Source: Macrostomum lignano
Taxonomy: Eukaryota
Assembly: GCA_002269645.1 (NCBI GenBank)
Contig: NIVC01004382.1
Span: 1 to 47,940, forward strand
Direction: 5' to 3'
DNA: 47,940 nucleotides
Every line of letters starts with the position of its first letter. Position 1 is the first letter of the stretch. A program made the translations under genes and the position numbers. Below the pieces are notes generated by a model, which saw only the letters and a list, made by a program, of their open reading frames with translations, had not been told where the DNA came from and did not search any database. Shown here piece after piece: positions 34,341 to 47,340 of this stretch.

Positions 34341-35454
34341 TGAGTACTTTTCCGAGCTTATTAGCTCAGACACCTGTCAACAGAGTTAACTCCGCGTCAG
34401 GCATTGTCAGCAAGCATCAGGGCAGCAAAGGTCAACTCAGCTGTCGGGAATTCAGGGAAGCAAATAAAAAAAACTGCTAATCCAGTCCATGCGCACTGTT
34501 GAAGATCATCAAAGGCAACTCAGCTGAGTTGGGAACGCTAGCTAAAAGCGTCCCCCTTATCCTAATACCTTTTATCCCCTCCAGACTTGCTGCTGCATCC
34601 TACATGTAATATTCTCCCTCTCCGGCAGCTCATATCCCAACTCCCGTTGTCTGGAAGAGAGCTTTGGCACTGGGTCGATCCTACAAATGACTCAGTCAGT
34701 GGGATTTCTGCACGAACGGGATTGGCCAGATAAAAATAGGCGTACAGTGACAGAGTGAATAACTGGAGCATAAATACCCAGGCCGATGTCAGGGCAGTTC
34801 AGAACTCATTTCGTACACACCGAATTTATTCTAATTCCTAAGTCAGTAACCCTACCTACTAACTGCAGCTCGATACAAGGTAAGTGAAGATCTGGTTGCT
34901 GGCCTGCTTTGGTGACTTCCCTTTGGATAGCTTTGCTTCCTTAATTTTCCCTTCATCCTCATCGGTCAAACTGATGAGGATGAAGCTTCAAGAGGATCTT
35001 CAAATCCCAGCTAAAGGAGATGCGTGCAGACTTCGAGGACCCCCTTTAGCAGAGGCTGCAGGCTCTTCAACCCAAATCAACTTCCTTAACTTTGTCTTCG
35101 CTAACGAAGGCTGGTCGTGACTGCAAGTAAGACTAGGCATATACAGTGTTAGCTTCTACTCTAATGTACTTTCTTTCGCTCAAAACGTAGCGCGCTAAAA
35201 ACAACTTCGAAGAAACACGATTGCAATCTACCTCCAAGCTGGGAATTAGAACCAACGCACTAAGCCCAGCTAAATAGCTATTTTTGAGTAACACTGGGGT
35301 CACACGAGGTCAGCAATTTAAATTGCTCAATTGCTTTACTAAGCTCTTAAGAGCTAAATGTAACTGGAGTGGGCTCTCGCAGTTCGGGCTCTCTTATCGC
35401 CTTTAAATATTAGTTGAGCAGTGAATCAAGTTCTTGTCTGAGAGTTGTATGAGA

Positions 35455-35695
35455 CTGAGGAAGCGACATGGGAGAATTCTGGAGTGTCTCCGTGAGATGA
35501 GATCGCATAAGGACCTGATAATACTGGAGTATCTCTGTGAGGTGATATTGTATAGGGACCTGATAATACTGGAGTATCTCTGTGAGGTGATATTGTATAG
35601 GGACCTGAGAATTCTGGAGTATCTACGTGAGGTGATATTGTATAGGGACCTGAGAATTCTGGAGTATCTCCGTGAGGTGATATTGTATAGAGGTG
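35455..35695 (+). repeat. 45-bp minisatellite, ~5 units (...CTGGAGTATCTC(T/C)GTGAGGTGATATTGTATAGGGACCTG...)
   Basis: Direct tandem repeat. Confidence 0.9.
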
Positions 35696-35966
35696 AGATG
35701 GGACAGGGACCTGAGAATTCTGAAGGAAGAGATTCAAGAGAAGGGACACAAGGAAGAGAAGGGAGAGGATGGAGCGGTAGCTTAGAAGAGTGGCAGTCGT
35801 GTCTCGATGTGAACCATCAGACACAACTGCCAGCCATGCAGTTCGCGGAGTAGTCAAGCTTGATCAGTTATTTATAAAAAAGTCGTCATCGAAGTGTGAC
35901 CAAACGAGACCCAGTAGCAGCCACGCGGGCATCTGGATGCAGAGCACAAATAGAAACATCAGGGCT

Positions 35967-35968
<2 letters not shown>

Positions 35969-36038
<70 letters not shown>
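35969..36038 (+). repeat. (GA)n microsatellite
   Basis: Read directly from the sequence. Confidence 0.98.
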
Positions 36039-36041
<3 letters not shown>

Positions 36042-36884
36042 AGGGCGAGAGGGGGGAAGGGCGAGACAGAACCTTTTGATGGATAAGCATGGAGCTTGAC
36101 TTTCTGGGTTTCCCTTTTACCCCAGTTAAGTAACGCACAATGAACCCTGGGCTTCTTTTTATGGGAAGTGTGCATTCTCTAGCCAAGGGGGGAGAGAAAA
36201 TAACGGGAGTGGAGTGTCAGTTTAGTATACTTGGGATCCGAGCTAAGGAGATTTTGTGACAGTATAATGTTTCTGCTAGTGGGGGTATGGAAATATTTTT
36301 ATTTATAGTTTCAGGTAACTGCTTAGCGAAGGCGCTGGACCTGACGGGCGGGGTCGTGAACTTATGGGGGTTATTTTTATGCAGGCATATGGGAGAGGGA
36401 TCCAGGGGCGATATGAGAGAGAGAGAGGAAGAGAGGTCGCATCGCAGCTTCAGGTTTAGCGGAAATCCCATGTTTGCCGAAACCGCCGCGGGGATAAGGG
36501 ACGCAATGGGGGCTTTGGGATAAGTCTGATAGAAAATATTGACCCTACCGGGCTACTATTGCCTGCGAATCTCCCAGTTTGTCAGTCAAAGAATTCTTTT
36601 CTCCCTTCCCACTAGATCCCACAGAAAGTGAAGGAAGTCAGGCGCATTTCTATGGGTTAGTTCGTATGAGTTTTATTGCCAAACACCTGTGCAGCTTGTT
36701 TGCAGCCCATTAGCTTGTGTTTGTCCGTCAATATTCAGTGACAGGTGATATATTGCATCTCAAACTGCTCCAGTGAGAGCGATGAGTTCATTGGCAAAGT
36801 TAGTGAGAGTAAGTGTAGTAACTAATTTATAAATTTAGACCATATCGCGCGAACGGCAAAAAATAAAAAAAAACTTCTAATTAG

Positions 36885-37140
36885 AAATCAGAAATCGGAA
36901 ATCATAAATTGGAAATCATAAATTGAAAATCGATCATAACTAAAAGAAATCATAAATCGGAAATCATAATTCAGACATCGGAAATTGGAAATCACTAGTC
37001 GGAAATCTTTAATCGGAAATCCTTAACCGGAAATGTTAAATCAGATATCGTAAATCGAAACTCAGATATCACATATCAGAAAATAAGAAATCGTAAATCA
37101 GCAATTAAAAAAAGGAAATTCTGAAATTTGAAATTGAAAA
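36885..37140 (+). repeat. Degenerate AAATCGGAAATCAT-type repeat
   Basis: Recurrent GAAATC/AAATCG motifs. Confidence 0.7.
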
Positions 37141-39069
37141 ATTGGACAACCAGAATACTAGAAAATTCTGAATTACAAAAAATAAAAAATGAAAAGAATA
37201 GAAAGAATTAAAAAAGAGATTTCGCAGACGCTATGTGAATTCTCAAAAAGCATGAATTTTCGAGATTTTAGCCAAAAAGTCTTGAAAAAAACATCTTTTT
37301 TTTTGTCTATTTTTAGCTTCTATTCGAGTGGGCAAACTGAATGAAGCATTTTTGTCTTTGACTGTTTGCTTGAACTCCGCTGCGTTTGTGTGCAGACAAT
37401 TTCATTTTTCTGTTTCGCTCCACCCACTTATTTTTCACAAAAAGTGCCAAAACAAGCTAGAATCTTCAGCCAGGAATCTAAACTAAATTCACAAATAGAA
37501 ATTTATCCTCTTTCTAAAGTTATAATTGATTGAAGGATGGATTTTGTAAGAATTTTCTATTAATTTTTTTATCGTTAATAAAAAATTAACGATCTAGTTG
37601 TTTTAAATAGTCTAGAGTTCGACTCTCTCTCGAGGGGATATCTCGAAAGTCAAATTAGTGAAGCTAAAATTTAGCAGAATGTAACTTAAAATTAGCGGTG
37701 ACCAAAAGACTGTTTTTTGGCAGATAAAAAAAACTAAATAAATTTTATACTGTCTCCATTTGTATTTGTTTTAATCAGCTGTTACCCATATAATTTGGTT
37801 ACGTATTTGCGTTCGGTTACGTAACCAAGTGTAGTGTATATTCACATGGTTTTTACACCATCGATCAGTATTTCGATATAATATTTTGTATTTTCTTCTA
37901 ATTTACTGTAGGAATTTATAACCACCTATGTTTTTTTTAATATTTGATTAAACGCGTTTTCCATTTCTACAACTAATAAAATGAATAAATTACCTAATGA
38001 ACAAAGATATTTCTTTAGGATATTTTAAATTTTATTTAGCTATTTTATTTTTAAAATAAAATTATATTTATCAAAGACATTTACACACGAAAACTGCTGT
38101 AAAGTTCTATAGCTGTTATATTTATATATAACCAAGTCATGTAGTTCTTTATAAAAGTATGGAAATTCAAAGTGTTATAAACAAATGTAACTCTTGAAAC
38201 CTGCATCTGGTCTTCTGCTCTAAAATTACCAAAATATTGCACGCCATCGATGCATGACAATCATTTTGATTGACAGTCAGGTTACCCAACTTAAGCATAT
38301 GATGAGTTACGAGCTAGTTCTGTCGATTATTCAGAATAAGAATAAAGACTTCTATTATTCATCTGAATAGTACTGTACTTTTCTGCATGCCATCAAAAAG
38401 ATGCAGTGTATAACTCGCATCAGCTCAGCTTTGGATAGATGATGTTACTTCATACTGGTTAGTAACGTGAATATATCAGTGTGCTCAGAGCTGCCTATCC
38501 AGAAACTATGGACTCAACTAAGCCATGAAGCCATAAACACGTTTGATCGATGCAGAGAAATGTCAATAATCTTTTTTTGCTTTGTTTGACTTAGTAGCTA
38601 AAAAACCGCTGAAATTAGAAATCTACTTGCTACCAGTACTTATTACACCTCTGGGCAGTAGTGCAATACGTTTATTTTACGTGAATTATAGAGATTGGGT
38701 TGCAAAAATTTACCATTGTTTTCTCAAATTACAATTAAATTTGTATGAAAATTGTTTCGCGACAAAAAATCCTAATTTGTTTAAATAATTACCTACAAGA
38801 TTTGTTAACTTAAAATATTATATCGTAAAAAATTACAATAGGTTAGAAAAACATTACCAAAACTTATTGAGAGATCTGTACGTATGAGAGTGGTGTAATA
38901 GAAGTGACAATCGCAGCAGTGAAAACGTGAGAGTGACAATTATACAAGAGTGAAAATACGAGAGTGACAATTACACAAGAGTGAAAATACGAGAGTGACT
39001 ATGCCGCGGACTACTTAAGCGACACTTAAGTAGTCTGTGGACAGTACGAGTATGAAAATGACTACATGA

Positions 39070-39335
39070 CAATATGAGATTAGTGACAATATGAGATTAG
39101 TGACAATATGAGATTAGTGACAATATGAGATTAGTGACAATATGAGATTAGTGACAATATGAGATTAGTGACAATATGAGATAAGTGACAATATGAGATA
39201 AGTGACAATATGAGATTAGTGACAATATGAGATTAGTGACAATATGAGACTAGTGACAATATGAGATTAGTGACAATATGAGACTAGTGACAATATGAGA
39301 TTAGTGACAATATGAGATTAGTGACAATATGAGAG
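39070..39335 (+). repeat. 17-bp minisatellite GTGACAATATGAGATTA, ~15 units
   Basis: Direct tandem repeat. Confidence 0.95.
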
Positions 39336-39724
39336 TGACAGACAGTAGAATAGAGTAACCAAAATGCAGAGGCTGCACCTATGAACTATTGCAAAGAATA
39401 TCCGAGTGATGGTAAAATAAAAAAGTTAACATACGGGATAGGGGAAGGGGGGGAGAACACCGATCAGGGAGCAGCAAGCAGACGAAAAAAGTGTCTTAAA
39501 GCCAGCGATTTCGTCAGGACTCGCCCACGCACCCTCCGCCCAACCCTTCAGTGCGGATCGATTCTCACCTCTCTCGGGGGTGGTGAGAGGCGACGGCAGG
39601 CATATTTGAGAACTCCTTCTCTCTCCTGCTCCTGGGACCTGGCTTATACCCATTATTTTCTACCATAGCTTGCACTTTATATTTGCTATGCTGCAGGAAT
39701 TCTTAAAAAGGTAACGCTGCTAAT

Positions 39725-40186
<462 letters not shown>

Positions 40187-40807
40187 TCCTCTGTTATAGG
40201 AAGTTTGTCATAAAAGCCGCATAAACAGTGCCCTAGAAAACACACAGGATAATCTAATAATGCTGCTCTGTACTGGTCAAAATTCTCTAATAACAGTGTC
40301 AAACATAAATTACCGGAGCCTAGCAGAGCAGCAGAAAGCTTGAGGTCAATATGATGAAGCGCTCAGAAGTGTCGGAGGTTCGCACCGGCAGTCTCCAACC
40401 TCACCCCAGTCCACCCCCTGTGAGGGATCGATTCCCCACGATCCCTACGAGCTAGATAATGTTTCCCATTGAGAGAAGAGAAATAAAGCTTCCAGTGGGA
40501 TCAAAGCCTGGCTCTACTGGCCCTGTTCTCAATAATGGTCGATACCGTGTCGGCCTTAGCGTGGAGGGGTCCCTGCCGCACGCAACCTCCCCCCTGCTCC
40601 CCCTGTGGGATCGCCTGCACCCTGTGACTGACGCCTGGGCTTGGCACAAGCCGCGTCTGTGCGCAAAGAAAGAGAAGCTCGCAACTAACGGACCGGCACA
40701 GCCCCGCCCTGCAACCCCCTGACCAACCCCGTGCAGTTTCGAGGGCAGCTTCTGCTCGGCTTCTGTTGTTGCTATAAAAATTTATACCCCAAAATCTGCC
40801 GCTCAGA

Positions 40808-42038
40808 ATGGCTTCAACCGTGCTGCCAGCCCCGGCCACCAAGCGTCAGCAGCAGCCGCCGCAGCAGCTCCCAGCCGATCCGCACGGTCGACAGACTCGA
40901 CGAGCGACAGTTCACGCCGACCGCGACCTGCTGACCGTCGGGCGAGCGTTTCAAGCCAGCGCCAGCCGGGAGCGACACCGTCGGGCAGGCCGCAGCGGCA
41001 GCGGCGGCAGTGGCGAAGGCGTCCCAATTGACGATAGCGAAGGCGCTGACGACGATTTCGACTTGTTCTGCCGACTAGCCAACAGCCCGACCGGCCTGAG
41101 CTCGTCGCCTCGGCAGCTTCAGTCCTCGAGTCCCCGGCAGCAGCAGCTGCAGGACGACTGTCTGCTGAACGCGGTGCACTGGGCCGCCGCAGATCCGGGC
41201 CAACAGCGGAGCGGCAGTTTCTCGGCAGCCTCGCCACGAGCCGAAGAGTTTCAGCTGGTCAGCGGAGGACTTCGGCAAGTGGACGAAGAGGGGCCAGCGA
41301 CTACAGCCAGTTGCGAGCCCGTTGTTGAAGTCCAGGAGACAGCGGAACAAACGGTTGCGGTGGACATCGCTGCGCAACCCGGCATCAGCAAGCAGCGCCC
41401 CAAGTCGGACAAGCAGCAGCAGCAGCGTCGTCGAGAATCCGCCGCTGTCTCAGGAATAGTCAGCTTGAATAGTCGGCCGCGCGCCTGCAGCACCGGAATG
41501 GCGACTGGCATAGGCGGACCGAGCGGCCGAGACCGCAGGCCGAACCACAGCAGCGTAAAGGAAAGACGCAGCGAGTTTCGCCAGCAGATGCTGGACCAGC
41601 TGGAGCCCCCTCAGCAGCAGCAGCAGCAGCAGCAGCAAATTTTGCGCGTTCGCAGCTTCAAACGAACCAAGCACGGCCTGGTGAACCAGGGCGACGCCGT
41701 GGTCAGCGGGCGCAGCAACGGCAGCCTCAATGCCAGCTCGGCGGCCAGCAGCGATCAGGAGCTCCGGGCCGCGCATCAGGCAGCCACGGCAGCCGCGGCA
41801 GCCGCAGCCGCTGCAGCCGAACGTCGACGTAGCAGCGGCGGAGCTTCCGGTGCTTCGTCCGGTCACTCGGCGGCCGCTGCTGCTGCGGCTGCGGCTTCGG
41901 CACTGTGCAGCGGAGGTCTGCCAGACCGGCCGTGCCAGTTCTACCGAGTGCAGGTGATGGGCGCTCCGCGTGTTGGCAAATCGACCCTGTGCTCGCAGTT
42001 CATGTCATCGGAGAGTCAGGTTTTAAACTCGTTGTCTG
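40808..42038 (+). CDS. RGK: RGK-family small GTPase, exon 1 (long low-complexity N-terminus plus G1/P-loop)
   Basis: Poly-Q/poly-A N-terminus, RVRSFKRTKHGLVNQGD, and YRVQVMGAPRVGKSTL P-loop. Donor TCTG|GTGAGT, phase 1. Confidence 0.85.
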
Positions 42039-42111
42039 GTGAGTCGCAGGATGGAGCGAGTTATAATTAATTAATTGTTACTTAAAATATTCACTGTTTT
42101 TCGGCTTCTAG

Positions 42112-42218
42112 ACGATGACACCATTGACGAATCCGCTGAGAAGTTTGTCACCGTGCTGCTCGATGCTGACGAATATCACATGACCTTTCTTGACACGGAC
42201 TCAACGGATGAACCGATG
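42112..42218 (+). CDS. RGK: RGK GTPase exon 2
   Basis: TTCTAG acceptor; DDTIDESAEKFVTVLLDADEYHMTFLDTDSTDEPM (non-canonical G3, as in RGKs). Donor ATG|GTGAGT; phases fit on both sides. Confidence 0.82.
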
Positions 42219-42519
42219 GTGAGTCTCTTTTGTTAAGCTTTTATTATATTGACCTCAATAGGTAAAGAAATTAATGAGATAAACTAATAACGTATTACCG
42301 TTCAAACTACAGTACCATGATCGCTACTCTAGAAATGTAAGTCACATTTGCGACCTGGGTAACGCTTGAGCAGCGGTGTTGTTTTTAGTACCAAAAAGTT
42401 TCTCGTCGCTTTTTATAATCATACGATGCACTGTTGTTTCTTCGACCTGACTTCAAACCACTGAATGAAACACTCCGAAAAACCTAAAGACGGCAAAAGT
42501 ACAGTATAATGACGCACAG

Positions 42520-42852
42520 GTGCTAAAGCCCCTGGTGCTAAAGCCCCTGGTGCTAAAGCCCCTGGTCCTAAAGCCCCTGGTGCTAAAGCCGCTGGTGCTA
42601 AAGCCCCTGGTGCTAAAGCCCCTGGTGCTAAAGCCCCTGGTGCTAAAGCCCCTGGTGCTAAAGCCCTGGTCCTAAAGCCCCTGGTGCTAAAGCCCCTGGT
42701 GCTAAAGCCCCTGGTGCTAAAGCCCCTGGTGCTAAAGCCCCTGGTGCTAAAGCCCCTGGTGCTAAAGCCCCTGGTCCTAAAGCCCCTGGTGCTAAAGCCC
42801 CTGGTGCTAAAGCCCCTGGTGCTAAAGCCCCTGGTGCTAAAGCCCCTGGTGG
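42520..42852 (+). repeat. 15-bp minisatellite GTGCTAAAGCCCCTG, ~22 units, in RGK intron 2
   Basis: Direct tandem repeat. Confidence 0.96.
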
Positions 42853-43091
42853 TTAAGTACCCAACAAACGCCTCTTTTCAATAAAAAATCCCAGCTAAGC
42901 CCATGAATCGTTGTCACTAAACGTGACTGTTCAATCCGTGTTAGAAATAAAATTGCACAATCGGCGTTGGATTTGCACACAATAGCTACCGGACCACGCG
43001 CAGGGTGCATGGGTCAGTTAGATGCACTAAAATCTAGATTTAGAAACTAAGACGACTTCTGGATCTGAAATTTCGATTTTCAAATATGCAG

Positions 43092-43272
43092 GGCACCATC
43101 GTGATGGACGTTGACGCCTACATGATTGTATTCGCCGTGGACAGCCGGCGATCGTTCGGCTTCGCCAAGCAGATCTTCAACGACCTGGTCAGCGAGGCCA
43201 GGAAGTCGGCAGCTTTGATTTTGGTGGCCAACAAGTCCGACCTGGTGCGGAACAGGGACGTCACGCATGATG
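43092..43272 (+). CDS. RGK: RGK GTPase exon 3 (G4)
   Basis: ATGCAG acceptor; [15 protein letters not shown]...[16 protein letters not shown] (NKSDLVR is typical of RGKs). Donor GATG|GTGAGC. Confidence 0.9.
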
Positions 43273-43286
43273 GTGAGCCCGCCTTC

Positions 43287-43649
<363 letters not shown>

Positions 43650-44039
43650 TCTTAAAAGTTCTCTGCTGAAAAATATTTACAAACCAGATAGTCAGAGTCT
43701 GTCCTTTCTCCTTCCTGGCCACTAAACTACAAGTAGAACACTGCTCCTGTTTTTTCGTTTTCAAAGTCAATAAAATCCCCTAGGCGAATGAAGCAGCAGG
43801 GATAGCTAATTAAAATCAGCAGTTCTGGAGGAACCAGCTTTGATCCCTAGGAGCCCTAGGAGAATTGAATCCAGCCCGTGACGGAGGCCTCGCAAAGCTC
43901 GCGGAATCATTGATTTAAAAGCTTTGAAAATTCTTAGCGACACGGGAACTGCATGTCAGCGGATGCAGTTTCGCAGAAACAAGTAAAACTAAAAATTCAT
44001 AAAATAGGCTTATTTTTAATTAGCTTTCAGTCTCACTGT

Positions 44040-44700
44040 TTCACAGAGTCAATCATCTCACGGAGTCAGTCATCTCACAGAGTCAGTCATCTCACAGAGT
44101 CAATCATCTCACAGAGTCAATCATCTCACAGAGTCAATCATCTCACAGAGTCAATCATCTCACAGAGTCAATCATCTCACAGAGTCAATCATCTCACAGA
44201 GTCAATCATCTCACAGAGTCAATCATCTCACAGAGTCAATCATCTCACAGAGTCAATCATCTCACAGAGTCAATCATCTCACAGAGTCAGTCATCTCACA
44301 GAGTCAATCATCTCACAGAGTCAATCATCTCACAGAGTCAATCATCTCACAGAGTCAATCATCTCACAGAGTCAATCATCTCACAGAGTCAATCATTTCA
44401 CAGAGTCAATCATCTCACAGAGTCAATCATCTCACAGAGTCAATCATCTCACAGAGTCAATCATCTCACAGAGTCAATCATCTCACAGAGTCAATCATTT
44501 CACAGAGTCAATCATCTCACAGAGTCAATCATCTCACAGAGTCAATCATTTCACAGAGTCAATCATCTCACAGAGTCAATCATCTCACAGAGTCAATCAT
44601 CTCACAGAGTCAATCATCTCACAGAGTCAATCATCTCACAGAGTCAATCATCTCACAGAGTCAATCATCTCACAGAGTCAATCATCTCACAGAGTCAATC
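44040..44700 (+). repeat. 17-bp minisatellite TCAATCATCTCACAGAG, ~39 units, abutting the last RGK acceptor
   Basis: Direct tandem repeat. Confidence 0.97.
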
Positions 44701-44712
44701 TCACAATTTCAG

Positions 44713-45002
44713 AGGCTAAGAACTTAGCCAGCGTGTACGGCGCCAAGTACATCGAGATTTCAACCGCCCTGAACCACAACGTGGACGAGCTCCTAGTGAG
44801 CATCCTGTCGCAGATCAGAGTGCAGCTGAAGAGAATCGAGAAGGAGAAGTGCAAGCTCCTGAGCAGGCAGAAGGACGGCAGGGGTCTTCGGGCCTCGCTG
44901 CGGCTCCGATCTCCCAGACAGGCGTTGGGCAACTTTTTCCGCAAGCACTTCTCCTCGAAGTCGTGCGAAGATCTGGAGCCGCCCAACCAGCAGGCGCAGT
45001 GA
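44713..45002 (+). CDS. RGK: RGK GTPase exon 4 (G5 and C-terminus)
   Basis: TTTCAG acceptor, phase 1; EAKNLASVYGAKYIEISTALNHNVDELLVSILSQIR, a basic C-terminal helix, and SKSCEDL resembling the RGK SC.DL motif. Confidence 0.9.
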
Positions 45003-45956
45003 CCTGAACTCGTTCAGTACATTTCTAAGCATTACTACTACTGCTAGATTAGTAGATAAGTAGCGAGGCAAGGATTTTATACAGAAAATTGGTGTGGAGT
45101 CGATGGAGAACGGGTGTCATCAAAGGCTATTTTGTTGTTGTATCCATGCATATTCGGCTGTCATGTTGTAATTTACAACGTGTTTGTAAGTACTTTCTAT
45201 GATGCACTATCTTTAGTCCCAAGATCTTTTTTGAAACTTAAAGAAGCCATATTAGTTACCTGTTTTAATAAAAAATAACACAATATTTGGTATTAGAGAG
45301 TAAATGGTACCTATAGTTAGAGACCAACAATTTTCAGTGTAGTGGATGAGAATGACATGAGGAATTCGAGGGTTTCAACCAAAGGATCTTGTTACAGCTA
45401 TTACCAAACCAATGGATGTTGTGTTAATCTGTTTTGACTTGTTTTAGCTGACCCACAGTTGAAGGCGCTGACCGCACGCCTGCTCATTATAGCCATAGCT
45501 TATCAAATCCATTTTGCTTACAATTTTTCTTTCTCAAAGCTCATCGAGTCTCGAGTCTGTTCAATGATGCGGTGTTTTTTATCGAACTGAACAAACTTTA
45601 TAAACGCGCACCAATCGTTCTGTCATGAACAAATATATTTTCTCAAAAATAAAAAACACTTGTGCTGCAGTACTGATTGTTCATCGCCCAGATAATCTGG
45701 CTTCATGTTTTTGTTTGTCTGTTTTTACTCTAAAAGACTCATTGATGAGTCAACATGGCTGAGACACAAGCGGTGCAAAGACAGCCCTAGATCAATAGAA
45801 ATCCTACCCGATCAAGGCTTCATATCTCATCTCATCTCTCTCATCTGGCCCTTTAGATAGGGAAAAGTTTGCCAACCCCTGGTGTACAAGCATGGCTAAT
45901 AAAAATATATATTGATAAGTATTATAAAGTCTTTTTGAAGTTTAACAAATCTTTCG

Positions 45957-46065
45957 TCAAAGTATTTCGCAAGTTGAAGATGAAGCTCCGCCACTTTCGC
46001 CAGCCTCTTCGCCCAGCTCCTGGTCAGTTCGTTGAGCCTTTTTTGCTTGCTGATGAGACTGGACT
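45957..46065 (-). CDS. Candidate last exon of the unidentified minus-strand gene
   Basis: CTCTGACAG acceptor; phase 2 matches the AG|GTGAGG donor at 46562/46561; 35 codons (VQSHQQAKK...TCEIL) to TGA. Confidence 0.4.
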
Positions 46066-46282
46066 CTGTCAGAGGTGAATCAGTTTAGTTTAGCCGAAGC
46101 TTAGTAATAGTATTGGAAGCAGACCTCCAAATTGTAAACCTCGGGTATAGGTTCGTAGACAACTGTAGATTCAACCAGGGGATTTTATTGTGGGGTGGGG
46201 GCAAAGCCAAGAATTCAACATGTACATGTACGTGACTAAATTCCTACATTTCCATTATTGATATTTTGAGAATCGTGTTGTC

Positions 46283-46531
46283 TTTGGCGCCGCAGGCACT
46301 CATTTTGGCGCCGCAGGCACTCATTTTGGCGCCGCAGGCACTCATTTTGGCGCCACTGGCACTCATTTCGGCGCTGCAGGCACTCATTTTGGCGCCGCAG
46401 GCACTCATTTTGGTGCTGCAGGCGCTCATTTTGGCGCCGCAAGTACTCATTTTGGCGCCACAGGCACTCATTTTGGCGCCGCAGGCACTCATTTTGGCGC
46501 CGCAGGCACTCATTTTGGCGCCGCAGGCACT
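46283..46531 (+). repeat. 21-bp minisatellite TTTTGGCGCCGCAGGCACTCA, ~12 units, probably intronic
   Basis: Direct tandem repeat; source of the CLRRQNE ORF. Confidence 0.95.
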
Positions 46532-46561
46532 TAGCCAGGTGCCCAGTAACCCCAGCCTCAC

Positions 46562-47340
46562 CTCCTATTCTCCTGGCTATCAGCAGCAGCTCTGCCGAAC
46601 TCCTCCCTACTGAATGCTCCGCGCGTCTGCCGCCTCTGAAACCTGGCGTTGAGTCCGCCATCAGCTCCTCGGTTGTCAGCAATGAATCCAGCTTCATCGT
46701 CTTCGATCACGGCGTCAGCCTCGCCACCACTGACGGCAATCGCTGGCGGTTCGCTGAAAGTGACGTTGCGATTGCCGGCAGCGTTGAGCGGCTGCCCAGG
46801 CAGCTCTCGGTCATCGTCTGGAGACGGCGCTGGCGCCTGCTGCACTGCTACGATGGCGTAGCCACGTCTAGACCGACTGATCATCGGGTCGTTGAAGAAG
46901 TGATACTGGTCCAGTGAGGCCGTGCCCTGCTCAGACTGACGCAGGCCACCTCGTCGACGCCTTGGCGCCTCCTGCTGCGACTGCTGCACCTCGGAGCGGT
47001 CCGTCTGAATCGGACTAAAATTGTCATCGTACTCCAAGCTGGGATAGGCGACCTGCGGCGGGTTGAACTCCATCAGCACCGGCCCAGAGTACTCGGTGCT
47101 GTTAATCTGGCGCAGGTGCCGGTCGCGAGCCTCTGCTCGACGCCGTCGTTCGAATTTTTCCCACTGGCGACACTTGTGCGGCAGGCCGCCGCTGCGCCAG
47201 CCGATGGGAAACGGCGACGGGTGGCGGCCCAGCTGGCAGACGACGCAACGATGCGTCACGGGGTCGCGGATGTGCGGCATGTGGATCTCCGACGATTCTA
47301 TAGTCAGCGAGCTGAGATTCTGCGTCAGGCAACGAATCTG
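46562..47340 (-). CDS. Exon of an unidentified protein (Cys/His-containing start, disordered remainder)
   Basis: GC-rich frame open ~260 codons (open upstream of the ATG at 47280 to ~47355). Its apparent TGA lies inside an AG|GTGAGG donor. No recognisable domain. Confidence 0.55.

Noticed and set aside
34971-35010. Hammerhead ribozyme core CTGATGAG
   Set aside because: No stem II followed by GAAA, and the motif is sequestered in a simple hairpin.
40310-40730. GC-rich stretch upstream of RGK as a possible tRNA or SINE
   Set aside because: No cloverleaf or convincing A/B boxes could be built; may be promoter/5' UTR or an unrecognised repeat.
43953-44712. N-terminal repeat part of the 349-aa ORF
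   Set aside because: Intronic 17-bp array; only 44713-45002 aligns with the GTPase (possible cryptic use is listed as a finding).
45867-45882. GTTTGCCAACCCCTG, resembling a hAT right TIR
   Set aside because: No matching left TIR or TSD found nearby.
46236-46697. Coiled-coil-like (CLRRQNE)n ORF
   Set aside because: Comes from a 21-bp array lying just after a likely donor, in a different frame from the main exon; probably intronic.
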